A stretch of DNA of 64,000 bases from Selaginella moellendorffii (lineage: Eukaryota; Plantae; Lycopodiophyta), in the NCBI RefSeq assembly GCF_000143415.4, contig NW_003314278.1:1024682-1088681 (forward strand). Direction: 5' to 3'. The position numbers and the translations under genes are program-made. Position 1 is the first letter of the stretch; the number at the start of each line of letters is the position of its first letter. Shown in pieces: positions 34,917-49,021 of this stretch. Below the pieces are notes generated by a model. It was not told the DNA's origin, ran no database searches, and worked only from the letters and a program-made list of their open reading frames with translations.

Positions 34917-35674
34917 TGGCCTAACGCGAGGAGGAGGGTACTCCACTGACTAGAGCAGCGTAGAGCTTGGGCTTAGACCCAAGCCGGACGCAGAACAAGG
35001 AGCGACACAGCCCAGTAGGAGCCAAACTAATATCTCAGGTGGTCGGACATGCATTCCAACCACTATCCTTACTATACATTTGGAACCCCCCCCCCTTCCC
35101 CTTGAGGAACACACACTTTGGACTTTCACCCCAAGCCTCCCTTAGTACTAGGAGTTAGTCTCTGGGACAAACTTGAAACTTACTAAATATGGAATTGCAA
35201 ATTTGGACACGGGACGAACACCATTGTGTTTAGGCTGATCTCTACATTCCGTAGATATGCCAAATGAGCTAATCTAGACACTTTCCATAAATAGCATTTG
35301 GGACCGAAATGAGACCAACACAAAAGGCGTGATAGCGAGGGTGTTTAGCAGACACGGTAAGCTATCATTTAGTGAATATTGAAGAACTAGTCTCAATATC
35401 ACAGGGGTTCCCAACACTAGCAAGTGCAAGTCAGCATCATGAGTTTCTCGTCACTATGTCAAGTATGCTTGACTTGATGACAACATAGGATTTCCTTCTT
35501 TACTGCCCTTCCGGTCTAAGTGCACTTGTGCTAACCAGTTTCTCAACTAGCTTGGGTGGAGACCATAATGGGAACTAGCAATATCAACCTCCTGCCGTCG
35601 TGGCAGTAAGAAGAGAGTGTCCATAAGGACTAGTCGACAAGTATATTTCAATACCCGAAGTCACATTCGCGACA
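34917..35674 (-). repeat. 5' LTR
   Basis: TG..CA, homologous to 15694-16478; followed on the minus strand by PBS-like TGGTATACCAAAAT. Confidence 0.9.
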
Positions 35675-35679
35675 ATCTA

Positions 35680-36290
35680 GTACACCAAATCCCTTATTTG
35701 AGATTGGTTTGTAATTTGAGGCTCCTTAAATGACTAGTTTTCTTGTTTATAAAAAGTTGTCTTTTTGTCTGACTTCATCATATCTACCATGTCATATTAT
35801 TTTATAAGATCTTAGTAGGCAATCATGACTTTTTTCAAATCATCAAAATCTGCATAAACTCTATTTATCTTATGTTCATAATAAATTTTCTTGAGGCTTT
35901 ATATGTATATGCATAGACGCATTTTGTCTAACACTAATACTTATAATGCTTGTTAAATCAAGTTGTATATTCCTTGATTGTCTCAAATTTTCCTTAATGA
36001 AGTTTTTGCAACTCATCATAGTTTTCTCCTGGGTTTGTTTCCATGGAAAAAGCTTTTAGGAAAAACTTTGTTTGCTCATTAAATGTGCCAAGATTTTTAA
36101 CATCATTATCATAGTACTAGTCTTTGACTTTTTTTTAAATGTATAGAAGAAAAAATTCTTTTTTTTCTTATTTGCTTGATTTAACTTAATTGCTTCTATG
36201 TATTGCTTAATATGTAGTTGTGGGTCATCTCCTTTAATTTCAGAAAAGAATGGATATGTAATGATGCTGCCTATTGTTGTTCCTACAATT
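35680..36290 (-). pseudogene. Highly decayed gag-like remnant
   Basis: YPFFSEIKGDDPQLHIKQYIEAIKLN resembles a retrotransposon gag N-terminus; AT-rich with many stops. Confidence 0.35.
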
Positions 36291-39117
36291 GCTATTTATA
36301 GCGCATGTGGTTTTTACCCTTTATCCTATAGAGATTTACCATAGGATAACACCACGAAGCACAAGAAAAGTCATCTATGATCGATATATTCCAACTCAAA
36401 TCCAACAAGCATTCAAACATTCTAATATCAATCACTAACTCCTCCGCTTGTAGAGTTAGCATGGTTCACGACTAAATCACTTTTCAAGGAAAAGTTCAAA
36501 GCTCAACCTTTACTAAATCATCTTGTCTAGAACATAACTAACTCAAACTTGCCACTCAGTTCGTTTGAATGTCGACACAACTGTTAACTAGCAAATGCAC
36601 AAATTCCAATAACACAAAGCCATAGCCAAATCATCAACACTATCTTCATTGAGACTAATGAAACTCGATATCAATCTTTTGAAGAGACATTTCATTTCAC
36701 TCAAATCTCAACATCAACAATGTCAACGACAAGGCATCATTTCAATGCCATCAACACCACAACAAAGCTAGAAGAAAACACGAGTGAATCACCACCCAAA
36801 ACTCTCTAGCAACTAAGTTAACCAAAGTCAAAGATACTATACTAAATATTCGAGACCAATCGTTTAGCAAAACTCAATTATAGATAACACTTCCTCAAGG
36901 AGTGAATCATCACATCCAAGACTCCATAAAATCCAACACTACAAACTATATGTATCCAAATGATATCGATAGAGATAGAGTTGACATGCCAACATGGAAA
37001 ACCCATGTAAATTTAATGACATGATCCTCTACAACACCATCCGGTAAAGCAAGTCTATCACTGCTAAATCATCATTGAGTGAAGCAAGTGTTATAGTCCT
37101 TGATGGAGTCTACAAGCAAACACTAATCGCAAAGCAACTAACAATCATTCTTCAACTTGTCTTCACAAGACCTAACACTAAACTCATATCATCGAGTCAT
37201 ACACTTGTTCAACATGAATGTAATACCCCAGGTCATGATAAAGGTTCATGGACAAGCACGAACTAAATGACCACTCGAATCCAACTCAACTGTGATATGC
37301 TCACCAACACATTTAGTCAATAACTCTAAACATGCCTTGAAGAGGCTAGCTATGCATGATCAACACTCAGTCGAAACTAAAGTGATCATAAGATGGACTC
37401 ATATCAGTACACAACCTCCTCATAGACAAAGCTATAATACAGGTATTAATATCTCAAACTCAAACAACTAAATTGGACATCACTATCCTCAGCTAAAGGC
37501 GCATGGCTACCAAAACTAAGTCAAGATCAATGAAAGCTCATTACTCTCATAGAGTCTACCAAAATGCAAGGTGCAACTTGCCACCAAGCACAATGCTATA
37601 AAAGAAAAGCACAAATGTCACCCTTCTTAGAAAAGTGCAATGGCCACTTTTCTACACCAACTCCAGACTTTACCCAACTCAATTGCCTTAGTTAGCATCC
37701 CTTTCGGGTCGCATCATACAAATTACCTATTGAGGTCTAAGCCAACCTAAGTTAACTCTAACCTCTTCACTAGTTTGTATTGGCTTGCGAAAACAGAATG
37801 GTTTTTGAACAAAGTGATTAACAGATCAGCTATTGGAAAAGTTTAAGAAAATTTATGGAAAATTTCCATCCTAAAGAAAGAATGACTCTCAGTCTAGGAA
37901 TACAAACTTTCAAGACTCAACCAACTTCCTCCTACTAACAACTTCACATAGATTCACTTCAACACCAATTCTCATAACCCATAGTATGTTTAAGCATCGA
38001 ACATCTTTTGCCCATACTTCTGATATCCAACACTGACATCTGCAAAGTGCAAAATGAATATCCAAAGCTTGATCACGAAAACCACATCTTTGGATATCCA
38101 CATTGCACTAACACTCTTCTTCAATCACCTTCAAGATCCAATGTGAAGCCAAAACACTAATAAGAAAAATGACATGGAAAATCAAGCTCTAAGGAAAATT
38201 CCTCATCACTCAAACAATAACATTCAGTCCAATCCAAGAAAAGTTTATGAGAGAGCATGGCAATGAATACTTGAATCAATAGATTCATCCCTATAATCTT
38301 GATTGATCCACTTGTAATCATGCCTAAGAAGGATCCACTAGTGTCATGCTAAACAGCTATCGACCAGTTTATTTGCCACTCATAGCAAACCTAGGGAAGG
38401 TTTACTTTCACCCACGGTACATGAAACAACTCATGGAACCACCGATAGGCTAACATTAATCCTGCCAACTCAAAGTGTAACCTTGAGTTGCTAATGTGCC
38501 TCACTCACGAGCCAAAGTGCAAACTCATGCAAACGGAATAACTCACTCCCTCTTATGAGCCCAAGAGCAAGCTCACATTATTACGGTACAAAAAGGTAAC
38601 CGAATCCATACCCAAGGAACGATTGCGAAGTCTTTGCACCCAAACGTGTACTCACTCGGATCATTGTTTTTATCTCTACGTATGCAACTTTGCCCAATCT
38701 CATTGGATAATACTCACTGAGACGTATTCTCTAATACCAAATGTAGCACACGTGGCTTTTACCCTTTATCCTATAGTGATTTACCATAGGATAACACTAC
38801 GAAGTGGAACCTAAACCCTCTTTATGCCACGTGACACATGTCACGTGTCATATGCCATGTGTCCAAAGACAGTGGTGCGGAACCCGAGGTTCAGGGCTTT
38901 GGGCCACTGAACAAAGGAACAGTGCTAAACTCCCAAACGTAAAGCCAAGAAGCATTAGCACTAGAGCACAGGACGACTTCTGAGCATATAGCCCAAGGAG
39001 CGAAAGGACAAGAGACCGGAGTGACTTAGAACAGTCCTAGAGTAACTAGCATCCCAATGCCAAGACCAACATGCAAAACAGAGCCAAATGGAGTTTGGCG
39101 CTATTTCGGCATACCAG

Positions 39118-39762
39118 TGGCCTAACACAAGGACATGGGTACTCCACCAGCTAGCATGGAATGGAACTTGGGCTTAAACCCAAGCTGGATGCAGAACAAG
39201 GACAGACAACTAGACTATGCCTCAGGTTGGTCAGCCATGCCTAACTTACCCACTATCCCTACTATACATTTGGAACCCCCCACAGCCCCCCCCCCCTGAC
39301 CTTGAAGAACACATGCATTGGGCTTTCACCCCACACCTCCATTAGTATCAGGAGTTAGTCTCTGGGGCAAACTTGAAATTTACTAAATATAGAATGGTGT
39401 TAGATTGCGAATTTGGACATAGGATGAACACTATTGTGTTCAGGCCAATCTCTACATTCTGTAGCAATATTGAAGGACTAGTCTCAATATGTGAGGGTTT
39501 TTGTCAAGCCAGTGCAAGACAGAGCAAAAGAAAACTAAAAAGTCAGGCCAAGTATGCTTGGTTGAATAGACACTTAGGAATTCCATCCTTATGCTCATCT
39601 AGCTAAGTACAGATGCAAAGTCTAGTTTACTAACACTTGAACAAGAGGGGCTAATAAAGGGTCTAGCAATACCGACTTTCTGCAATTGTGGTAGTAAGGA
39701 AAGAGTGTTTGTAAGGACTGGCCGACAGGTAACTTTCGATACCCGAAGTCATATTCGCAATA
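39118..39762 (-). repeat. Third, more diverged LTR of the same family with adjacent PBS-like site and leader (truncated element)
   Basis: Starts TGGCCTAAC, ends GAAGTCATATTCGCAATA; internal deletion of roughly 120 bp; PBS-like TGGTATGCCGAAAT next to 39117. Confidence 0.85.
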
Positions 39763-42249
39763 TATTGTGCTGAATGCAATTTAATAGGAAATGCTCTATT
39801 TTGTAAATAGTATAGACAAAATAAGTGTTTGGTTTGTAAGGGAACTTAGATCATTGTCAAAGGGTAAGAGTTGTAAATTTAGCGTTTCTTTCTCTTGTAG
39901 GGAATCATTTTAGTTGTTTTGTGTTCCACTACTCTCAATTGAAGTAAAGACATTTTCTATGTACCGATGTTGCCAAAGAGGAGTAGTGTATGAATTCATA
40001 TATTCTAGATAACCATCAAAGTTGTATTTAGATTTTTAATCTCCTCTTCGTTAAGGTGTACTTAATATGCTTTTAGTTCACTCTCTTTCAAGTTTTTCTC
40101 TAGCTTGATTGAGCAATGATTTAAATTTTTCTGAAGGGAAGTTAATATCACAAATATCACAAGTAAATGCCTTGTAATTTCATTCTCAATTTTGTAAATA
40201 CTTCTTTTCAAACTACCTTTTGTTCATTTGATTGTGAGAGAAATATTATATATCTATTACTCTGTTTGGTATAGATAATGACAATTTTATACATAGAGAT
40301 TATGCCATTTAAAGCTTTATAGGTATGATCAATTATTGGTTTATGCCTATATATTTTGAAACCTGTTGGTGTTGCTATTATGACAATTTTAGTTATTATG
40401 CCTCGTTTGTGAAGTGAGTGGTACGAGGCTTTGGTATGCAATATATCCCTTTTGTAAATTGGCCTATTAGTCACTCTTAGGAGTAAGTATTTAGCTTTCC
40501 AATGAATTTTGAAATAGGATAGCTTTCCTTTAGAGGGCAAATGTCTAGAACATTTTTTATATAAAAGTTCCAAAAATTTCTTAAGTAACAAATATTATTT
40601 TTCAAAGTATATCTATCTTGCTCCAATGTAATCCACCTTAAAAGATTTTTACTCCACAAAATTTTATTGCCTACCAATTCAAATTTAGAATTGATCTAAC
40701 ATCTATTAACCCAATTCACCAAGTGTATTTCTGCTTATGGGTATCCAAGCTTTATTATGAACCATTAAAGTTCCCACAATATTTTTTTACTTAAAAATTA
40801 CATAAAATATAGCAATTGTCTAGTAGGTAGAATTTTATAAATCCTTTGCAAGTTATAATATTCAGGATTTGCATCTAACTCAAATAGGCAAACTATCTCT
40901 CTATTTAGGAAGAATTCTAGTCCTATTTTCTTTTTGTATAGGTAACTCCACAAATATAAGTCTCATTTATTCTGTGTACCTATAAAGTATTATCACAATT
41001 TATTTGAGAATAGTAAAGATACAAGGACTCAAACTTTTGTATACCTTGAGTAGAATATTGTTAAGTATTTTTCTCGGTAATTCGTCGAGCTATTTAAGCA
41101 ATTTTGTTAAATCTATCATTCACTGGCCTAATTAGGCATATAAGATAGTTTAGTTTTTGCTTTCTTATACTTTTACAGTGGGGATCAACCAACTTTTGTC
41201 AGAGTCTATAAGAAAAATGTATCTTCTGATAGATATGATGGATTGCTAATAAATATTTTTATTTTGTCTACCCTAATTCCTTTATTCAACTTCTATCATG
41301 AATATGGAGGGTTGTCAATCCTTAATTTCTCCACTTAAGTATGCAAGAGGATCTTCCCTTTCTACCCATGCTTAGTATAGTTAAGATTAATTTAATGCAA
41401 AGGCTCTAGCGTGTGATAGTTAATTCTAGAGTAGCTTGTCTACTTTACAATGGGTCTTACCCTTTAGCTTATAGCCAACCTTGCCTTTATAATTGTGGAA
41501 TTAAAAAGAGTGGTTTATTGCTCTTGGTAAATTTTAGGTAAACTAGATCAACACTAAAGACTAATTTGAATAGGGCGTGGAGACCATTCTGTGAAATTGC
41601 TCTGAATCAACACAAAAGTCAACTTGTCTAGCACATGATAGCTTATTATAGATCAATTTTCTTATGGAATGACATTAAGTAGCTTTTCAAACATATGATA
41701 ACTAATTTGTGGAAGACTTTACTTATGATCTAGACAAAAATTGCTTTTCAAAGCAAATTGATTAGAAAAGGATCAAGTATGTGCTGTTTGCCTTGTTCGA
41801 CTGATGATTGACGCATCGCGGGGAGATCCATTAATCTGCTTCTTTGGTTTGTACTTTGATTTGTACAACCTCAGGCACTCATCTTCTATTTAGAATAGAA
41901 ACCACAAGAGGATATATATATTTCATGGATACACTTTTTAGGTATGAGAAACACAGCTTTGGGTTGGAAATCCTTGGCCTGATCAATAACAGTCTCTTTG
42001 CATCACTCCTAACAGATTGGGCCTAGAGAACAACAAAAAAAAAATCAAAAGCTAGCCCTCTACACTTTGAGCTCGTGGAAAGTACCCTTGCATGGAGGTG
42101 GCAGCTGGTTAAACTTGAGAAGTTAGCTTGTCTTGAGGACCTCCTGTTGCTCTTGCTTCCTTGCCACAAAATCACACTTGCAAACACAAGATTAGTCTAA
42201 ATAAATATCAACAATTAGATTATAGAATATTCAAGAATACCTAGGTATA

Positions 42250-45200
42250 TCCTATGTTGGTTTGCTTAGAGACTCTATGTGACCATCACTGCCATTTTCT
42301 GTGCAGTGACGGTGATAAAATGCTGTACATGTAACCATCATCCACATCAGATTATTCTAGAATATTCCAAAATCAAGTTACCATTGAGTCAGTGCTGATT
42401 TGTCATTGATTAATGCTACATCATTAGAGTTCATGTGGGATGAATAAGGCAACAGTTATGGTTTCTATGGTTGTTGTGGCTACTACTACAATTGATCAGT
42501 TGGTTGTTGCTTATAGAAGATCTAGAAGGTGTCTTAGAGAAGATCTTGAGGATGAGAGGCTTGAAGCTACTCTTTAACAACAATTAGTGCTAGTGTATCA
42601 TCACATGTGTTTGGCAGTAGTTGGGAGTTGGTTGCAATTGAACTTCTTTCAGAAGGGAGATTTCTATATCAGACCAAGGTCTCTTCATTGGTTTCGTCAT
42701 TAGGTGGATAAGGTTGAAATGCAAGATCCAACAAGGTGGAGAGAGTTCTTCAGAGTTTCTGAGGAGTAGTTCATGACAATCTATGAACTTGTTGCTTTGT
42801 CAATGCAAACAACACTGCCTTTAAATTTGAAAAACATTCTATCTAGATATGTTCTTATTGGTAAGCAAGTTGCCATTGTTTTATGGAGATTAGCTTTAGG
42901 TGATTCTTTTGCTAGTTTGACAGAGCATTTCTGTGTTTCTAAAGCAATTGTCCGGAAGTATTGTTAGAAGTTCTCTGACTCAACATTCCAACATCTAGGA
43001 CAATTTCTTGTGTGGCCAGTAGATTTATCAGTAGTAAAAATAGGTTTTGAGAGTTTTGTGGCTTCTTGAATTGCTATGGTGCAATTGACTACACACATTT
43101 TGAAGTTGAACTTCCTGGAAACACTTTTGCAAGTAATTATTACAACAAGGACAAGGATAACTCAATTGTCATGCAAGCAATCATTGATAGTGAAGCAAGG
43201 TTCTTGAATATTTGAGTTGGAGATCTTGGGAGTTGCAATGACATAACTATTTTGAGGAAGAGTTCATTCTATAGAAGAGCTCAATCAGGTGAGATTTTTA
43301 ACGGACCAATAGTCTCAAGAGGCCAATACCAGTTTCGGGAGTATATCATTGGAGACTCAGGATACTACAAGCTTCCGTGGTTGGACCATTTCCAAGTGCA
43401 AATGGAACTAAATTGAGGGAAGCATTCAACTTTTACTTGTTGTCTTTGAAGATAGTATGTGAGAGAAGTTTCAGATTACTTAAATGTTGGAGGATGTTTA
43501 GGAAGTTGGTTATAGTTGAGACCATCACTCAGCTAACAGTTGCCATAAAAACAGCTTGCATTCTGTATAACTTCATTATTGGTATAGGTGACATAGGGGA
43601 AATAGACATTGAGCTTGAGCCAGTGATTAATCAACCACAAGGCTGGCGACCAAAGCCTCATGTCACTGTTATGGAGCTTAGAAACATTCTCATTACTTAT
43701 GTAGTAGACTTAAATAAATCCACTTGAAGCTCACTAATTTATTTATTTTAGCGTGCTCACAAACTCAAGTTTTGTTTTATTTTTCAAGGTTTTAATTTGG
43801 AGATTTCAGTACAGGGCTTGAACGCGGGCGCAGCAGGGAACCTGGCTGAGAGCAGAGAGAGGGGGGCTATGATGAGTTTAGACTCACAGCTGCTGCCAAT
43901 GTTGGTCTGATTCTAACATTCAGGTTCGTTTCCGTTCTTCTCATAGGGAAGGTTTTAAAATGATTAAATGATTGTGTGTTGAGTCGTCTGGCGGCAAGAG
44001 GAAGAGGGAAGAAAATGATTTTGAATGGCACTGCAAAAGACGCTTGGAAATGCAGCTTGAGGCTTGTGATGCAAGGGAATGCAGCTTGAGGCCATTAAAG
44101 CTGTTCTATCACTAGAAGTTGGGATCCTACTTGGTTTCCCAACGAATTCTTCGAAATTCCCAATGAATTCGGTGGTAGGGTGGGTGGTAGAAGGCCTGGA
44201 TGTTGTCTGGAAGATTGCAAGTACCAGGGTGGTCAAAGATAACACAAGCAATCTTTACTTCTAGTATGTATTTTCTTCTCTTCGTTCCTTGGGAAAAATT
44301 TCATCGTGAATCCCCACAGCATTGCCAAGCTTATAGGCGATACCCAAGCAGTGGTCACTGAGAGGGGATTCAATCAACCATACACAAATATTGTCATTTC
44401 GTAGTGTGGCATTCTTGGTACTTACTCTTGCAAAGTTCTTTCTTTCCTTTCAATCTAACTCTGATCCATTTGTGTTTCTATTGCCAGACAACTGATACAA
44501 ACAGCTCTATGTGAACGCTCATGTTCTTCCAACAAGAATGCTCTATCTAAATTGATGGATTGATCCAAGGATATTGGTAGTGGCAATGCAAGGTGGGAAT
44601 GCTTGGCCTAGAATTGTTGATCAGGTAAATCATCACATCTTCATTAGTTCATCATCTCTCTCGTCGCTTTAGAGATAGTAATCAATGACACTATAAACTA
44701 CAAAAGTGAAGTTCGTGAATAAGAAAATGACTTGACTTACCAAAGAATCAGCAATTGCAAACAAGGGTTGAGCTACTTGATCCACACTCTTCACTATCTG
44801 GCTATCCACAGCTAAAGTACACTCCATGAATTCTTCCTTTTTCAGATTATGACAAGAAATTTCCTTCTAGCTATTTTCCATTGTATCAATGAGGTTCACA
44901 TTGTTGTCACACAACACTCTTGCAAGTTGTTCTGCAAGTTGTGTGCAGGACTTCTTCCTCAGCCAGCTTGAACTATGCTTTTCAGGATTGTTATTGTTTC
45001 CTGTCATTGCCAAAAGTGATTATGAACAAAAACTACAAAACATACCTTTAAGCTCTGATTCTCCACATAGAGGTAATAATGATTATTGTTGTGAAGCTCT
45101 TGGTGTCGATAATGATGATTGTTGGGATGTAGGTGGTGAAGACATTAATTCCTAAGTCTACCTCTGTGAATTTACAGTTTAACAATCCTAAAGCTATTCA

Positions 45201-46005
45201 TCCATCATTGCATAGAGTTGATTATTGAACTTTGGTGGTAAATCAGCTTCATGACGTTGCTCTATTGTCATGTTTCAGTATTGCTTTTGCCAATAGGAAC
45301 ATGATATTCATATGACTTGATTTTGTTGAACTCTTTATAGATATACTCCCAACAAGATTGGCATTGCCCAGGCAAATGGTTGACACCATGTGTCAAACAA
45401 TAGCTGAAAACTTAGTGAATGACTGGAAGTCTAAAAAATCCAAAACTTACTCGGAAACTTGCTGCTAATGAACACTTGTAGTCTTGTGCCTCTTGAATAC
45501 TACCTCGCTGCTGTAAGAAGAAATCATGCTTCTTTGCTTCATTCAAAGCTAACAATTCATTTAAAGACCAATGCCCCTGATTTCTAGTTGGTTTCAGAGG
45601 CTTTGGTGGAGTGGGAGCAGTAAAATTCCCTCTGCTGAATTGAAAACCATCATACAGAAACTCTTGCTAACGTTGAGTGGAGAACACAATCTCCAAATCG
45701 TTCAATTGTTGCTCTCCCATTCTACTCAAGACCCTAAAACCATGAATTGACATGTCAGCAATAGTGGTGGGAGGAAATAACTACCACATCAGCATTTTAA
45801 CTTGCTATTGTGATTTCATGATGGTCAACCAGTTGCGCTAGTTTTGAAAAACATTCAAATTGATTTCATTGTCACAATGCCACTGTAAAAAAAATGATAG
45901 TGATGGTGACATGTACTAAGGCAATGTTACTTCAAATTGCTGATATGGCCATCACAATTTGACTGTGATAATCACATGTGCAATGTCTATTAAGCAAACC
46001 AAAAA
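42250..46005 (+). mobile_element. Decayed PIF/Harbinger transposon (nuclease on +, Myb/SANT-like gene on -)
   Basis: 42430-43727: QVAIVLWRLALG, GAIDYTH, GSCNDITIL, YIIGDSGY, CERSF..ACILYNF. Minus-strand WSLNELLAL..CQSCWEYI near 45330-45580. Imperfect inverted ends (ATGTGACCATCACT ~42277 / AGTGATGGTGACAT ~45899). Boundaries approximate. Confidence 0.75.
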
Positions 46006-47439
46006 TATGAGTATTTCTTCAATGTAGGCACTAAAACTGAAGCTATAAAAGATAGGTATTGTGGAAAAATAAAGAATATAAAAATATGATATATGTGCCT
46101 TGTGAAAGAATCATTTGGAAACCATAATCTAATGTGACCATCATCTTCTATTTATGCAATCAGCTGTTTGGTGTTCTTTTGCAAATAGCCTGCAAAAAAA
46201 AAATCTATTAAAATAAATATTTGAATTGTAAAGAATACTTGGGGAATGCATAAAAAATATGATCTTATATAACACTTTTTCTCCATCTAGCATGTCATAG
46301 AGGACAAAGTAGCAATCTATTTAAATTATAACTCAATGTAGATTGAAATAACAACTAATTATCCTTGTCTCAAAAGGCTAGTGCAATATTCTAAATCTGA
46401 ATACCAATCCTAGATTTGGAATGATGCTAGACTGAAAGATTAAAGGGAACTGAAGAGTTGAGTCTAGTATTCCTAAGAGTTTAAGAATGATTAAGATTGT
46501 ACACCAACATGATAGTTTTGAAAATTTTCTTATACTTATGCTCCATGATATTGGAAGAGAAGGGAATAGTTGGTCACAAAACATTTTACAAAGTGCTAGT
46601 TGCCATTGAAGAAGCAATATTCTCTTATACTTGCTTTATAATTAATTGTGACAACAACATTATATGTAAAACTCCACCCTGCAGAATAGAAAGAAAGTTT
46701 TCGAAGGGAATGGATGAGTAGGAAATGGCACTTGTAATCTTTCTTATTTCCGAATGGGAGCTAGAACATAGATTTGGATGCCTTGAGAGGCGCACTCTGC
46801 TTGCACCATGTCAAACTTCTCATCATCAAATTACTTAACTATCCTTCATTATGCATCCCTATATATCCCTATACTAATTCCTAAAGCTCTCCAAGGATTT
46901 GGTTCTTGACAGGTATGGCATTGACTTTGCGGAAGATTTGATAAATTTCCTTGTAAAATCGCCTTGCATACATGCTTTGCAAAGAGCAATCCATTGCCTT
47001 TGTAAATATCAAGAATGGGCTGAGGCCCAGCGGAGAGAATAACATATGGAACTCAGAGAGGAGAACATATGAAGCATGTCGGGAGGCAACGAGGGAGATA
47101 GGATACAAGGAAGGCAATGGGAACGAGGTATCAATGAGCCCATCTCCACCCGCGCCTCAAACGCAAGCATTTCACACCACTACTTCAGGAGCTCATGATA
47201 GACTCTCACCGGCATGGTCTTGAGAATCTGGATTGCCACGCCTAGCATGGCTTAACACTCCAGATAGATTTCTGAAGACTCTCCTATGCCCAATCTCTGT
47301 GCGTCCCGCTCTCCATCCATGGGGGATGGGGCGGCTCACGGAATGGCTGGATATCAACGATCAATGTTTGGGTCAACACATCAAAACAGTGAAGAATCAA
47401 GTCTGAACTGCTCTGAAGATGTTCTCCAGCATCACATAA

Positions 47440-48762
47440 GGCAATGCATCACTCACAAGGCTGGACTGGCACGTAAATTCCGCAGCATGCATCCCTCGAT
47501 TCATCTCCCCGTGGTTTTTGCACGCGTTAAGAAACGTTGCCCATGCAACTCAATCTGCTGGCAAAGGCATATTCTCCAGGACATCCTCGGCCTCTTTCAA
47601 TCGCCCTAGTCGTCCGAGAGCATCAACAATGAAGGTGTAGTGGTCTTGTGAAGGATCCAATCCATTGTCAAAGCTCATTGTCGTGAAGTAGCTTACTGCT
47701 TTCTTGACGAGCCCCAGATGGCTACACGCCGTCAAAACGATGGCAAACGCTGCCTTGTCGGGGTTAAAGCCGTGAAGAAACATCGCCCAAAAGAGCTGGA
47801 TCGCAGAATACGCATGCCGGGTCTGGGCATATGCTGCAAGAATCGTTGTTCCCGGAGACCAAGTTCCAAGTTGGCATCGAACGCTTTCTTAGCATGACGA
47901 ATATTTGCATCTAGAGCATATACCACTAGAATTGTGTTCCATGAATAGGAATCCCAGCAGCAAACCAAAGAAAACGCCCGGAAACGACCTCTCTGGCCAT
48001 AAACAGCGATTATCGCGTTCCATGAAACAAGATCTCTGTGTGGCATTTCTTCAAACAATTGTTTTCCTTGATCAGAATCACCGTTTTGCGCGTATGACTT
48101 GATCATAATCGTCCACGAAAGTACGCTGTGCTGAGGCATCCTATCAAACAAACTCTTGACTTGAATCAAATCCCCATTTTGGGCATAGCAGCAGTGCATC
48201 GCCCCCTAGAGGATCGCGTTTCGGTGGACAATCTCCTGGAAGACATCCTCCGCCTCCTCCACGAATCCATTCTCCGCAAACATGACGAGCATCACCGCGC
48301 GAGTGATGCTGTTCTTCTCGGGCATGGGATCAAACGCGGCCTTCGCATCGCCCACTCGCCCGCGCTGCGCGAAACCCTGCACGAGGATCGTCCACGCTAC
48401 CACGTTCGTCTCGGGCATCCGATCCAGCACTTCTCTCGCTCGCCCAATCTCTCCGCCGCGAGCAAATCCCCGCAGCAGCGTCGCCCACGTCTTGCAGTTC
48501 CTCTCGGGCATCGCATCAAACACCGCCTTGCTCGATCCAATCCGCCCGCAATCGCCCAGCGCCTTGACCATCGCAGTGGAGGAAACTACGTCCCACACCG
48601 CCATTCGATCGAACGCTGCCTTGGCCTTCCCCGGATGCCCACTCTCGGCATACGCGGTCGCGAGCGCCGTCCACGACGCGATGTTCTTGGCCGGCAATGC
48701 ATCAAAGATCCTTCTTGATTCCTCCAAATGCCCACACCGCGCGTAGACAACCAGCGTTTCAT
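47440..48762 (-). pseudogene. PLS-class PPR pseudogene, inverted duplicate of 60603-61932
   Basis: FDAMPERNCKTW/FDRMP repeats, VLTACSHLGLV, VDALGRLGRL; split across three frames. Confidence 0.9.
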
Positions 48763-49021
48763 CCCACCAAGACGATGCCTTGTGAGCTACGCGCGCCATA
48801 TGGGAGGTTATTCGAGGTATATTCATCACAAGGCCTTTGCTTTTATTTGTTACACTGTAAAGAGTTTCCTTTCTCTAGCAACTTTAAGGAGCTTCGTCGC
48901 TTCGCTCGTGGCTCCAAAGAATCACCCAGCCAAAAAAAAATTCCTCCTTCCACGACTACTACTTCGCTACACTGCTCTACCAAAATCCACCCAGCAACAC
49001 TACTTACTTGTGGAGTGTGAT

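Larger units (their letters stand above)
15694..35674 (-). mobile_element. Full-length degenerate chromovirus LTR retrotransposon with 5-bp TSD ATCTA, interrupted by a DNA transposon
   Basis: LTRs 15694-16478 and 34917-35674 (TG..CA); ATCTA at 15689-15693 and 35675-35679; PPT next to 16479; gag with CFHCGESGHRSSEC; RT/RH 18365-19595 plus 32384-32841; INT and chromodomain 17089-18300. Confidence 0.93.

Noticed and set aside
39780-41800. Possible decayed viral or TE coding region
   Set aside because: Looks like an eroded minus-strand ORF but no diagnostic motif was recognised.
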